Positions 11,309-22,825 of a stretch of 41,222 nucleotides of DNA are shown piece after piece. The notes under the pieces were generated by a model. That model was given only the letters and a program-made list of their open reading frames with translations, had not been told where the DNA came from and searched no databases. This DNA is from Octopus bimaculoides (lineage: Eukaryota), in NCBI RefSeq assembly GCF_001194135.2, contig NC_068982.1, positions 86,699,904 to 86,741,125 on the forward strand, in the 5' to 3' direction. A program made the translations under genes and the position numbers. Every line of letters starts with the position of its first letter. Within the stretch, counting starts at the first letter, position 1.

Positions 11309-13161
11309 TTTTTTTATTAAGATAATAATTATCTAATATACAGAAGGGGCAAACAAGACAGAAAAAACAGATAAATGTTAAAGTGAGTTCGGATAAAACT
11401 TAATTTTAAAATTTCGATGATTATATGATATATGATATATAATATAATATATTTTAAACTTTTTGTGGCTAGCAGGGGGNNNNNNNNNNNNNNNNNNNNN
11501 NNNNNNNNNNNNNNNNGGGGGGGGGGGGATTCACCCTGATGGGTGAAAAGCCCAGTGACTATACCTTTATCTTTCTCCATGGAGATTCAGCCGGGTCACT
11601 TGCACCCACCTTTCTTACCACATCCTTCCATCTTTTCTCAAACACACCTCGCGACAGTCATCTCCTCTCCAGCCCTATCTTGCTCTTCAGATGATATCTG
11701 AAATCAGTGAGCAATCCAGGGCCAGAGATGAAGGTTCCTGCCAGGAGTCCTTGCATTCTTGTCTTCCAAACACACTCTTTCAACACTGCCACTGTAAGGA
11801 GAAAACATGCCTCAGCTTCCTTCGAGAGTCCGATGGGCGGCACAATCTTTATTACAGATTTAGCTGATAGCTGTACTCTACCTAGGTGTGACAACATGTG
11901 TTCAATGTAAATTATCAAGCCTGGAAGCTCCCGACAGTGTACAAAAGCATGCTGGACGGTTTCATCGTCCAGCCCACATCTTGGACATGTCATTGGTACC
12001 AACATTCCATGCCTGGATAACTTATCCCGAACAAGTAAAGCATTCCTGTAACACTGCCAGGTCAGGGATTTTGGTAATTATCCAAATACCCCGATCTGAA
12101 AGCCTTTTGGAACAGGTTGGCAAGTTGGTTTTCATCGAACCCCAAAGCCCCTCCTAGGACGTCGTCATTTTTAGCCTCTACCAGCCCTCTATACAAAACT
12201 GAGGTGGTATTCCCACTGCCGGCCTTGCCTGTCTTGTGGATCAGCATGAGTGCCTGTTGACACTCCTTTTGCCATTCTATCAGATTCCATCTTTTAATAA
12301 AACTGGGTTTAAACCTCTCTAAGGAGGCTGGTCGCAGAAAGAATTCCTTCACCAGTGAATTCCACACCTTATCACCTTCCAGGTGGTGCGAGAGATGTCT
12401 CAGCCTTAACGCACGTCTGCGCATCATAAGCCAGGGCATCCCTAACTCACCCTTTAGTGGTTCCTGGCAACAGACAGGGCACCTTCAAGTGGCTTTCCTC
12501 CCTTCCACTATAAGTGGAAGAGGAGGCGCTCCAACTTGTTTAGCCACGAGTCGGGGCAAGGGACAACGGTTAGGTGGTAGGTGATTACAGATGTGACAAA
12601 CACCTGTGTCACTTCTGCCCTTCCTTTCAGGGATAGAGCCCATCCATGTTGGTGCCAAGCATTTCTCTATTGTCTTGTTTTTTGCGTCTTAATTTTCTTC
12701 TCCTTTATGTTGTATATTTTGTACACTACAGTGCAAGCATTTATCACATGTAGTGTTTCAGGGGGTGGCATCAGTCTCATATTCCCGTCACTTTTTTTTA
12801 ACTAAATTGCGAAACTTGAACAACTGTTCCATTTTAATTTCCAGCTCTGTGACGTTGCTGCCCACTGCATCTGAAAAACTTTGTTTTGCCTTTTCCTTTT
12901 GTGATTCCTTTTGACTTATATTTTTACTTGCTTTTCCTTTTCCCATATCAGGAAAGTCTTTTTTGGATTCAATATTGAATTCCATTATAACTTTTTTCAA
13001 AACTTTGCCGAAAGTGACAAAATTTCAGATAATACACAACCTATCAATGGCTAAAAAAATAATTTTTCACAAATAATATTTTTAAACAATGTTCCACAAT
13101 AATTTTCTGCCAGGTAGGGTGAAAATTAATGTCCTACAATGGACAACAGTTCAAATTAATT
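11309..13161 (-). mobile_element. Tx1/L1-like LINE copy C: ORF1 N-terminus joined to the post-RT ORF2 C-terminus (EN and RT deleted), with 3' UTR and tail
   Basis: MKKVIMEF...KQSFSDAVG...LFKFRNLVKK is homologous to copy B ORF1. Junction near 12650 (EKCLAP|TWMG..LSLKGRAEV). Then GMPWLMMRR and CPRCGLDDETVQHAFVHC. 3' end AATAAAAAAAT near 11309-11319 matches the copy A tail. Contains the N-gap at 11480-11516. Confidence 0.88.
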
Positions 13162-13253
13162 CTTGTGGATCAGCATGAGTGCCTGTCAACACTCCTTTTG
13201 CCATTCTGTTAGATTCTGTCTTTTAATAAAACCAGGTTTAAACCTCCCTAAGG

Positions 13254-13257
<4 letters not shown>
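13162..13257 (-). mobile_element. Tx1/L1-like ORF2 C-terminal fragment D
   Basis: Near-duplicate of about 12233-12328 (CTTGTGGATCAGCATGAGTGCCTG...GGTTTAAACCTC.CTAAGGAGG). Abuts a (GT)n run. Confidence 0.85.
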
Positions 13258-13291
<34 letters not shown>

Positions 13292-13299
13292 GTTTGTAT

Positions 13300-13457
13300 G
13301 GTTGTGTGGTATGAAATTTACTTCCCTACCACATGGCTGTGGGTTTAGTCCCACTGTATGACAACTTATATAAGTATTGTCTGCTATAGTCCCATAGCAG
13401 TCAAAGCCTTGTGAGTGGATCTGGCAGGCAGAAAATGAAAGAAGTCCATTGTATAAG

Positions 13458-13509
<52 letters not shown>

Positions 13510-13728
13510 TATGTGTATGTATTTCTGTCTGTGCTTATCCACCACAACTGCTTGATTACCAGTGTTGGCTTGTTTATGTCCCTGTAACTAAGCAGTTCGG
13601 TATAAAGAAACTGCTAGAATAAGTGTGAGGTTGAAAAAATGTGTACTGGGGTTAATTTGTTGAACTAAACTTCAAGGCTGTGCCCCAGCATGGCCACAGT
13701 CTAATGACTGAAACAAGTAAACATAACG
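13300..13728 (+). mobile_element. Diverged near full-length tRNA-derived SINE with internal (TA)n
   Basis: Colinear with the 15477 copy; ends CAGCATGGCCACAGTCTAATGACTGAAACAAGTAAA. Confidence 0.75.
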
Positions 13729-14205
13729 TATATGTGTGCTTTACTATCTCATTAGCTTGACGACAGGCAGGTTTAAGCAAGTGTTACTGTCATGCAAGAA
13801 GTGTTTTTTATTTTCAATCTTCCATGTAATCATGTTTGGGTATAATAAGATATTACCTTTGGAAAGAGATATAGGTTGGCAATGGGAAGGGCATCTGGCA
13901 GTACAAAATATATTTGGCCATGTGAACATGCAAAGGAGGATATTTCACTCACACATACACACCCACACTCACAACCACACACTCATATATATTATATGGA
14001 TGGTAATATTTTCAACTGAAGCATTACAGTTATATCTGTCCAAGTACTTCAATTCTGTGTATGTAAATATATTTACTCGATTGCTGACATTTACCAATCA
14101 GTTTTCCCATTGTTTTGATGGATCATTTTCTATCATTAATAGAACTGTTTGCATTTTCTTACACAGGTATGCTAGTATTTTATAAATCAATACAACAGTT
14201 AAGTG

Positions 14206-14348
14206 TGATTAATATTCTTGTTTATCCCAGATCAGCAGTGATCAAACAGACCTCTGATCAATTGGGTTCCAGATGGTGATGACTAGAACTCAATTGACCA
14301 TAGGTCTGTTCGATCAGGTCTGATTGGGATAAACAAGAATATTAATCA
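14206..14348. mobile_element. Fold-back (palindromic) MITE-like element
   Basis: Perfect 24-bp terminal IR TGATTAATATTCTTGTTTATCCCA / TGGGATAAACAAGAATATTAATCA, with pairing continuing inward (GATCAAACAGACCT / AGGTCTGTTCGATC). Confidence 0.8.
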
Positions 14349-14463
14349 TATTTAGTTGTTTTACTGATTTATAGAATATTCATTGCTATATTGAAGTAAT
14401 ATCAAAAAAGAAAAAAAAAATGAAAAATAGGTAATAAATTTAATGATATTATCTCTTTATTAG

Positions 14464-14574
14464 AAAAAAAATCTGATTGAAAGAAAATCCCTGAAAATAG
14501 AGCAATTTATTCATATGACCTACAAATCAAGAAAAAAAATCAATATTGCTAATGTTGAATGCCTGACTTCAAAG
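14464..14574 (+). CDS. Candidate internal exon of an unidentified host gene (111 nt, phase 0-0)
   Basis: Acceptor TCTCTTTATTAG and donor AAG|GTAAGC. Only one frame is open: KKNLIERKSLKIEQFIHMTYKSRKKINIANVECLTSK. No homolog recognised. Confidence 0.28.
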
Positions 14575-15476
14575 GTAAGCTTCTGGAGAGCTGGAACAGT
14601 GAGATTACAAATTTTTCACACTTATGAAACATGCATGAATGTCTTATCATCTCATAAAAATGTAGAGCTTGTTATAAGCCAAATGAAAACAATTTTAATA
14701 GTTTCAATGTTTGATAACATACACAGTTCTTTGATTCTATGATTCTTTCTTGATTTATTTATTTCTTAATTATTTTTATGACCCGAGGACAAATTGTTAA
14801 TTAATATCTAGTCAGTTGAAATAGTTTCACTTGCGATTATGACANNNNNNNNNNNNNNNNNNNNNNNNNNNNNNNNNNNNNNNNNNNNNNNNNNNNNNNN
14901 NNNNNNNNNNNNNNNNNNNNNNNNNNNNNNNNNNNNNNNNNNNNNNNNNNNNNNNNNNNNNNNNNNNNNNNNNNNNNNNNNNNNNNNNNNNNNNNNNNNN
15001 NNNNNNNNNNNNNNNNNNNNNNNNNNNNNNNNNNNNNNNNNNATAGCAATTAGAAAATGGAGGAGAATATGCTGTAGAATATGGAGGAGAATTGCTATAT
15101 TGCTATATATAAATTTAGGGTAAAATAACCCCCCTTTTACCTGTACCCACTTATTACACTTGGTATAACACTAGTGTAACAATAATTGGGTACCCTCCCA
15201 GCAGTATATTGGATAGATACTATCCCTTAGTGGGTTGAATCATCAACCCCTAACTCTCTTAGATTATATATATATATAAAATTTGAATTGACTCTTGTCT
15301 GTGTGTGTGTTTAGATCATTGTGTACCTACGCACGTAGACATGTGTGGGTGCATACATAGATATGCAACTGTGTGTGTGTGTATAGTGATGGATTCGAGA
15401 GTTTCACTTATTTATGAGTTGATTTTAAAAATTTCACTGGAGTATAAATACTTATTATAATACTTACTTATACTCA

Positions 15477-15647
15477 GGCATAGGAGTGGCTGTATGGTAA
15501 GTAGCTTGCTTACCAACCACATGGTTCCGGGTTCAGTCCCACTGCGTGGCACCTTGGGCAAGTGTCTTCTACTATAGCCTCGGGCCAACCAAAGCCTTGT
15601 GAGTGGATTTGGTAGACGGAAACGGAAAGAAGCCTGTCGTATATATG

Positions 15648-15682
<35 letters not shown>

Positions 15683-15886
15683 TTATGTGTCTGTGTTTGT
15701 CCCCCCAACATCACTTGATAACTGATGCTGGTGTGTTTACGTCCCCGTAACTTAGCGCTTCGGCAAAAGAGACCGATAGAATAAGTACTAGGCTTCCAAA
15801 GAATAAGTCCTGGGGTCCATTTGCTCGACTAAAAGGTGGTGTTCCAGTATGGCCGAAGTCAAATGACTGAAACAAGTAAAAGAGTA
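15477..15886 (+). mobile_element. Full-length tRNA-derived SINE (octopus OK/OR-type)
   Basis: Head GGCATAGGAGTGGCTGTATGGTAAG, B-box-like GGGTTCAGTCCC, internal (TA)n(TG)n, tail GACTGAAACAAGTAAAAGAG. Possible TSD TATACT on both flanks. Confidence 0.9.
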
Positions 15887-16006
15887 TACTTAAAAAAGAA
15901 ATTTTTATTTTTAAATAACTTGAACTTACAAATTTCCCAATAAGCAAGTGGTCATATTTTTTATATCCCTCAATGAGCTACAGTACATTTGATTCACCTG
16001 CTCTCA

Positions 16007-16149
16007 TTGAAAGACGTTGAAAACACTTCTCAAATTCTATGCAATATTTTATGCACTTCTCAAATTTTATGCAATATTTTATGCACTTCTCAAATTCTAT
16101 GCAATAAAATATTGCATAGAATTTGAGAAGTGTTTTCAACGTCTTTCAA
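16007..16149. repeat. Perfect 44-bp inverted repeat enclosing a 30-bp tandem triplication
   Basis: 16007-16050 is the exact reverse complement of 16106-16149. Unit CACTTCTCAAATTCTATGCAATATTTTATG starts at 16024, 16054 and 16084 (third copy partial). Confidence 0.95.
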
Positions 16150-16955
16150 CGATTACTTTTAGCAATCATCTTCTTAGGTTTCTAATCCTCTTTTAGGCTT
16201 CTAATCCTCTTTTAGCTTAATTCACTTCTATTAAAAAGTATGGGTAAGCAACACATTGTAAGCTGCACTATAATTTGTGAAAAAATTTATCTATGTACAG
16301 GGTATGCATCACTTCTCCGATGCCTTTTTTTTTCAATTTATATGCAAAAGCGATCACAACACTTTATTTAAGAGATGTTCTTCGGCCCAGGAGTGAGATT
16401 ATCTCTAAGAAGCCAAGTTTTCCTCTGCCAACATATCAAGGACTCTTCTATTTAATTTATATTTGAAATATGGCATTTTAATGAACCATAGTTATTGACT
16501 AAAATAACTTGCCCGAAAACAAAGATAAGATTTATTCTAAGTCTGTAAAGTAATTTTATAAAATTAATTCTTAATTTCTTTAGATTACCTCCAATATTCT
16601 TTGAGTCATTAATAATTACTGCTAAGTTTTTGTTTTCTATCTCCAACTATTAGGAAAATTTCAATCAATTGTGATTTTTTTCCATACATCATTCAATACA
16701 TCATCCCTTAACTTATATGTTTATGCTATTGGCTCATTTGAGACATTTAGCTTAACTCAGTTTATATTTTTTTAATTGTGCAAAATACTTTGAAATCTTC
16801 ACACTATAAACACTCATCTTTATCATATTTGATATTTTTCTAGAATCAATATGAAGTTTCCATAATTTTCTTTTAAATTAACTGTGTAAACCACTGGGCT
16901 TGATACATATGTATCAAATACATTATGGGAGTCATTATAAGTGACATTTCTTTAA

Positions 16956-17177
16956 CCCTTTAGCATTTAAACCAGCCATATCAGGCCCAAACATTCCTGT
17001 TTATTTCATGTTCAAACTGGCCAGATTCTGCTTCTCACATCAATCCTGCAATATCTTTCTAAACATAAACAATCACATCATCAAAATCTTGAAGGTACAC
17101 GATAATGCATGATTAATTCAAAACAATGTGAAGCAAATAAATGTTACATTTGATAGAGTAACCTGAACGCTAAAGGG
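16956..17177. mobile_element. piggyBac-type MITE (222 bp)
   Basis: TTAA|CCCTTTAGC...GCTAAAGGG|TTAA. TTAA duplicated at 16952-16955 and 17178-17181. Confidence 0.85.
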
Positions 17178-17736
17178 TTAAAACAATAAATAACCTCCAG
17201 TTATATTGGTTTGGTATTTGATGCCTAGCTTTCACACCAATCCTAAAATGTCCTTTCAAAAACGAAGAGACTTTCTCTAAAAAGCAAGCAGTATAAACTC
17301 TTTCTTGCACTTTCCAAACTAGGCTTTTAGTTTGGCTTGTATTAGATTTAGGTTCTTGGTTATTTTCTTACAATTCATAAACATCATTATTGTCTAAATG
17401 ATATGATCTGTAGGTAAGTGAGCAATAAGAATGCTCAGATCCTGAGATATAGGTCTGATTGCTGAGGGAACATTTGGCAACTAAAGTCTTTGTTAAGGAC
17501 ATTGTAACATTGAACATTGCATGAATGCATGTTGCAGTTATCAATATGACTTCTAGGCTCAGGCTATAAAATTAAAATTCCAAAAGTTATACTTTTCTTT
17601 TCACTAAGACTTCAAATTGTCAATGCTATAACATTTGTATGACAACCTTGAGTTGAGTTCAACTTTTGTCTTCATCTTCCAATTCCATTGCAAAGTAAAT
17701 GTGATAAACTCTCTCAACCATATCTTATCTTATCTT

Positions 17737-17738
<2 letters not shown>

Positions 17739-17789
<51 letters not shown>

Positions 17790-17792
17790 CAC
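17739..17792. repeat. (AC)n microsatellite
   Basis: Read directly from the sequence. Confidence 0.95.
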
Positions 17793-18411
17793 TTGGGATA
17801 ATTAATGCAGCATCAAGAAGCTGCTATTGAAACTGTTGCAGCAGTTATCTTTCTTTGAGATTCGAACCTAAATGTTTAAGTTCTAAGACCTGGATAGATG
17901 ACAGGCTGCATTACTATATTTGTTCATACAGACTAAAGATGGTTGTTTCTGGAAAACAGCACCACTATATTTGGTAATATTTAGTCAAGTATTTCTGATA
18001 TCAGTTTGTGGTAGGCATATTAGCTGAAAGGAAAAATTTAATTTTTGTGCCCATATTGCCACCAGAACTTTTGAGAACTTTGCAAGGGAAAGCATATAAA
18101 AAGCACTTGAGATACAAACTCTTTGGAGGACATTTGGCTTATCATAGAAGCTATGTGAGGTTTCAGTCTCACTTTTTCATCCTTCAACTTCTTCAGTAAA
18201 AGATTATTCCTGTTACCAATAACAATTACGTTTTTCTTGTTCTCTTACTTCTTGATTTACGTGTATGTAACATGTACTAATGTATGTCTTTTAATTTCTT
18301 TCTTCTTTATCACTTCATAATAAGTAAACCAACACACTTTATGTCTGTCTTTGTATTGTGTCCATCATCCTTCGCCCTGGTGGCAAATAAAAGAAATTGT
18401 CATTTAATTAC

Positions 18412-18869
18412 TGAGCAGCAAATGTCATCAAAGTGACACTGGGGTACAAATACATGTAGCCCATCATGACTACCCGGTCTGATAAGAGTACACCAGGCGC
18501 ATGTATCATAACAATATGTGCATGACATGATTTAATATCAAGATAAACAGGTTGAGTAGCCCATCCACCTCAAAAGGTCCCTGAATAAAGAGTTGTTTAA
18601 GGATGTTGAACAAAACACCCATGTTTCCAGAGGTGAATTATTCAAACCCCAAAGAATCCTTCTCAACACGTGGCTATGATGCTCTCCCATTATCATCTAA
18701 TTGTAATCAGAGATACCCATATCATCAACCATCAAGGTTAAGGTCATGCAGCTGACAAGCAAATCTGTGGTATTGAGCAGAATATTTCCTGCAGCAAGAC
18801 AAAGCATGTACATAACACTTCTAATCACTTAATATCAGAAGCCATGAGAATTAGTGCCTGGTATTGCAT
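18412..18869. mobile_element. Unclassified interspersed repeat
   Basis: Recognised from memory as an abundant octopus repeat (CATCAAAGTGACACTGGGGT...GCCTGGTATTGCATCAGGGCA). Non-coding; class not determinable here. Confidence 0.4.
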
Positions 18870-18877
18870 CAGGGCAT

Positions 18878-18944
18878 TTCTTCTTCTTCTTCTTCTTCTT
18901 CTTCTTCTTCTTCTTCTCCTCCTCCTCCTCCTCCTCCTCCTCCT
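18878..18944. repeat. Compound (CTT)n(CCT)n polypyrimidine microsatellite
   Basis: Read directly from the sequence. Confidence 0.95.
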
Positions 18945-19166
18945 ACCCCCTCCTTTTTATGGTATTAAGGGATCCAAAATGTGTGAGATCTCTTTGGTCA
19001 CCTTACGGTGGATCTCCCCACTATTGGGGAAGCATATTATTGATTTAATCTCTTTGTTAATTGTTGTGTTTGTTGGCTGTTTACACATTTAACCTCACTG
19101 TCCCTCGTCTGTATATCATTCTCTAATGTTTTGTGATCAGCCTTGGTGGCCAAAACAAGAAAGACT

Positions 19167-22100
19167 TATTATTATTATTATGTTGTTTTTTTTTCTTCTT
19201 TCTTCAAATTTTCTTCCATTTCTCGCCGACTGTTTTCCATACACCTAGGGCAGAGAAGCTCATTGTATGAATTCCTAGTTTACACATGCAAATTCACAGA
19301 TAAAATATGTATTTAAAAAAAATTAATAAATAAATTCATGAATGGATGTTCTTTTCACAGTGATAATGCTCTTCTCAGTAAAATGAGACTTTCCAGTTAA
19401 CACGGTTTTTTGCACTTCCTGTAGAGATGGTAGGCCTGGTATCAAATAGGTTTCAGTACATTTTTTTATGATTCCTAGAGATCCTACAATCACTGGTATG
19501 GCAGTCGCCGTGAGATGCCACATTTTTTCAATTTCTATGAGCTAGTCTTTATATTTACTGATCTTGTCAAATTCTTTCGCCACTATATTGTGATTGCAAG
19601 GAATACTCATGTCAATTAATAAACACATCTTTTTTGTCTCCCTGAGCTTCGTAACCATTGATGAGTGTGTTTCTGGTCGACATCAGCTTGTTTGCTACGG
19701 GCCACATAGTTGCCATGCAGAGGTTTCTGTTCCCATCTGCTAGCTAATTTTTCATGTGCTTTTGTCTTTGCAATTATCTTATTTTCTTTGCAGCAACAGT
19801 TGGCGCATTTCTTTCACCCTGATCAATCTGGTGGGTATCTAAGAGTTCGGTAGCAAATTTTTTGCTCTCTTTCAGAATAGAGTGAAGTTTTTTCAGTCTT
19901 TCATGTTTTTCAACAAGTTTTAACATCCAATCGTTGATTGTTTCAAGGTATTTGGCCAGTCCGATTGTGGTGGTTTTGTATGTAAGTTCAAGCTGGATCA
20001 AGCCTCGACCTCCCTGAGCTCTGGGAAGGTAAAGACGATCCACGTCTGCCTTTGGATGGTGCATCTTATTACAAGTCAGTAGCTTGCGGATTTTTCTATC
20101 AATTTTCATTATTTCACTGGTATTCCAGTTAAGCACATTGAAGCTATAAAGAACAACTGGGACTGCTAAGGAATTTATGGCTAATACCTTNNNNNNNNNN
20201 NNNNNNNNNNNNNNNNNNNNNNNNNNNNNNNNNNNNNNNNNNNNNNNNNNNNNNNNNNNNNNNNNNNNNNNNNNNNNNNNNNNNNNNNNNNNNNNNNNNN
20301 NNNNNNNNNNNNNNNNNNNNNNNNNNNNNNNNNNNNNNNNNNNNNNNNNNNNNNNNNNNNNNNNNNNNNNNNNNNNNNNNNNNNNNNNNNNNNNNNNNNN
20401 NNNNNNNNNNNNNNNNNNNNNNNNNNNNNNNNNNNNNNNNNNNNNNNNNNNNNNNNNNNNNNNNNNNNNNNNNNNNNNNNNNNNNNNNNNNNNNNNNNNN
20501 NNNNNNNNNNNNNNNNNNNNNNNNNNNNNNNNNNNNNNNNNNNNNNNNNNNNNNNNNNNNNNNNNNNNNNNNNNNNNNNNNNNNNNNNNNNNNNNNNNNN
20601 NNNNNNNNNNNNNNNNNNNNNNNNNNNNNNNNNNNNNNNNNNNNNNNNNNNNNNNNNNNNNNNNNNNNNNNNNNNNNNNNNNNNNNNNNNNNNNNNNNNN
20701 NNNNNNNNNNNNNNNNNNNNNNNNNNNNNNNNNNNNNNNNNNNNNNNNNNNNNNNNNNNNNNNNNNNNNNNNNNNNNNNNNNNNNNNNNNNNNNNNNNNN
20801 NNNNNNNNNNNNNNNNNNNNNNNNNNNNNNNNNNNNNNNNNNNNNNNNNNNNNNNNNNNNNNNNNNNNNNNNNNNNNNNNNNNNNNNNNNNNNNNNNNNN
20901 NNNNNNNNNNNNNNNNNNNNNNNNNNNNNNNNNNNNNNNNNNNNNNNNNNNNNNNNNNNNNNNNNNNATGAGCCTCATCTGTATCCTTTTTGTTCAGTGG
21001 GAAAGAGGTTATTCTCTTCCATAAACGTATATGTTTTCTCCACTAGAATAGATGTCAAAATCTTATAGGTAGTAGACAAACATGTTATAGGCCGGTAGTT
21101 TTTTGGGTCTTTGGTTTCGTTATTTTTGGAGAGGAGGTAAGTAATACTATTTGCCATCCAATGGGGAGTTTTTTCCGGGTCTTTCATAATACTATTAAAT
21201 AGTATTACTCACATTTTGTGCGCGGACGAGAGTGATGAGAGCCAGAAATTTGGTACTCTGTCAATACCAGGGGATTTCCACTTATGAACCTTCATTAGTG
21301 CCCTCCTTAGGTCGGTGATTGAGACGTCTTCCCAAACCTGTTCTTGTAGATTTTTGTAGGCATCTTGGGTGCGTTTGATCCAATCTGCATTTTCATTATA
21401 TGGTTTCTCATCACTCCAGATCCCTTTCCAAAAGTTTTCAACTTCTTCCATTAGGGGTGGATTTTCAACGGTTATTTTTTCTTTCCCTATTTCCCTGTAA
21501 AATGATTTTGGCATTGGATTTGAACATCTTATTTTGCTTGTAGAATTTGATTCTTTTCTTAAATCTGCATATTCTCTGAGCTTTTGCTTGAACTTTTTGT
21601 TTTGTTTAAGTGTTTCATCCACTGACATTCTCCTCTTGTTGAGAGTCCATATTTTCTCACAATCTTCCTGTCTTTTCTTGATCTTACACCATTTCCAGAG
21701 ATTAGTTCAGTTAATATTGATATCTCCCTTCGCAATGATTCAATCTCAGTTTCAATTCTACTCCTCCAGTTTGATTTTCTTTTCGAATTTGGTATTGTTG
21801 GCTTTTGGGGCGTTAAACAGCCTCTTTCAATTACCTTAGCAACAGAGTAAACCATTTCATTTAACTTATTAAGATCAGGCTTTAGTTGTTGTAAGATTTC
21901 TTGTGTAACACAGTTGCCAATTTTTATTTGTGTTTTATGTTGGTGTGCATCTGAGAGTTTATGGAGTGGTTCCCTATCATTCATATTTGTATGCCCTACA
22001 ACTGCAAGCTCATTCAGAACTTCCTGCTTCATTTCAGTGATGGATTTTCTGTATTGTTCAGCAAATATGTGGTCTTCAAATTCTGTTTCGACATCATTTT

Positions 22101-22727
22101 CCTGGTTGTTTTTTCTAGGGTCATTATATTTGTCTTTTTCTTCAGGCTCTTGAGTGTTTTCGGCAGATGGTCGTCTTTCAGACAATGCTTGTGATCCAAC
22201 ATTCCTCTCCTCTGCTTCATTATTTCTGTCCTGACTTATATTTAGGTCGTTCTCTACCACTTTTTTAATAGAGGTTAATTCTGCATCTGTGAGTCTGGTA
22301 TTTCTGAAGATATCTCTTCTAACATTTGCTAATCTGTTTTCATCCAGGTTTGGTCTGCTAGCTGGATTCCAGCTCCTTCAAATTCTGTAGGAGTTTGCGA
22401 TGTATTTCTCTTGGGTTGGCCTACTTACTGCTAAGTAATAAGCGTATATTACTTCTTTATATTCTTCCTGGTTCCATTCAGTTCTTTTACATTTTTGATT
22501 TTGTGGTCGTTGTGGTGATGAACTTTGGGGGCTTAATTTGGGACAAATCCCGTTTAAGTGACCTTCCAGGTTCGTATTCAGGGAAGATATTCTGCCATTT
22601 GAAAATTTTTCACCATCAGGCTGACAGCCTCCTGACAGGCGCGCTTCCAGAAAAACCATTGGACAAGCGATTTGGTGTACTGTTTGAAATTTTCTTTTCT
22701 TTTCAAGTAAAGTTAAATTATTATTAA
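19167..22727 (-). mobile_element. R4/Dong-clade non-LTR retrotransposon (single ORF, RT plus C-terminal RLE), near full length, decayed
   Basis: N-terminal RTEWNQEEYKEVIYAYY, WKSPGIDRVPNFWL, NYRPITCLSTTYKILT, EQKGY, gap over the RT core, DRLYLPRAQGGRGL, and RLE remnant LIDMSIP...KEFDKISKYKD*LIEIEKMW...IPVIVGSLG. (TAA)n at both ends. Confidence 0.9.
20191..20967. other. Largest assembly N-gap (others: 2133-2304, 11480-11516, 14845-15042, 36515-36617, 37110-37427, 40284-40293)
   Basis: Runs of N. Confidence 0.99.
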
Positions 22728-22825
22728 ATTTTCATTTTTTAAAATATTTTTTATATTTATTTATTTATTTTTTATTTTATGTATTTTTTTAACCACTAAT
22801 CTTCATACAGGGGCCACATTTATCA

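Noticed and set aside
18211-18222. TGTTACCAATAA matches the reverse complement of the Ginger right end at 26272
   Set aside because: Only 12 bp, AT-rich, 8 kb away, and the flanks (TTCC vs TATA) give no TSD.
20177-20978. Long ORFs in the track made of X (also near 2.1, 14.9, 36.5 and 37.1 kb)
   Set aside because: They are open only because of N-runs.
22600-22700. Possible 5' ribozyme of the R4/Dong element (minus CTGTCAGGAGGCTGTCAGCCTGATGGTGAAA)
   Set aside because: No HDV-like double pseudoknot or hammerhead stem II could be built by eye.
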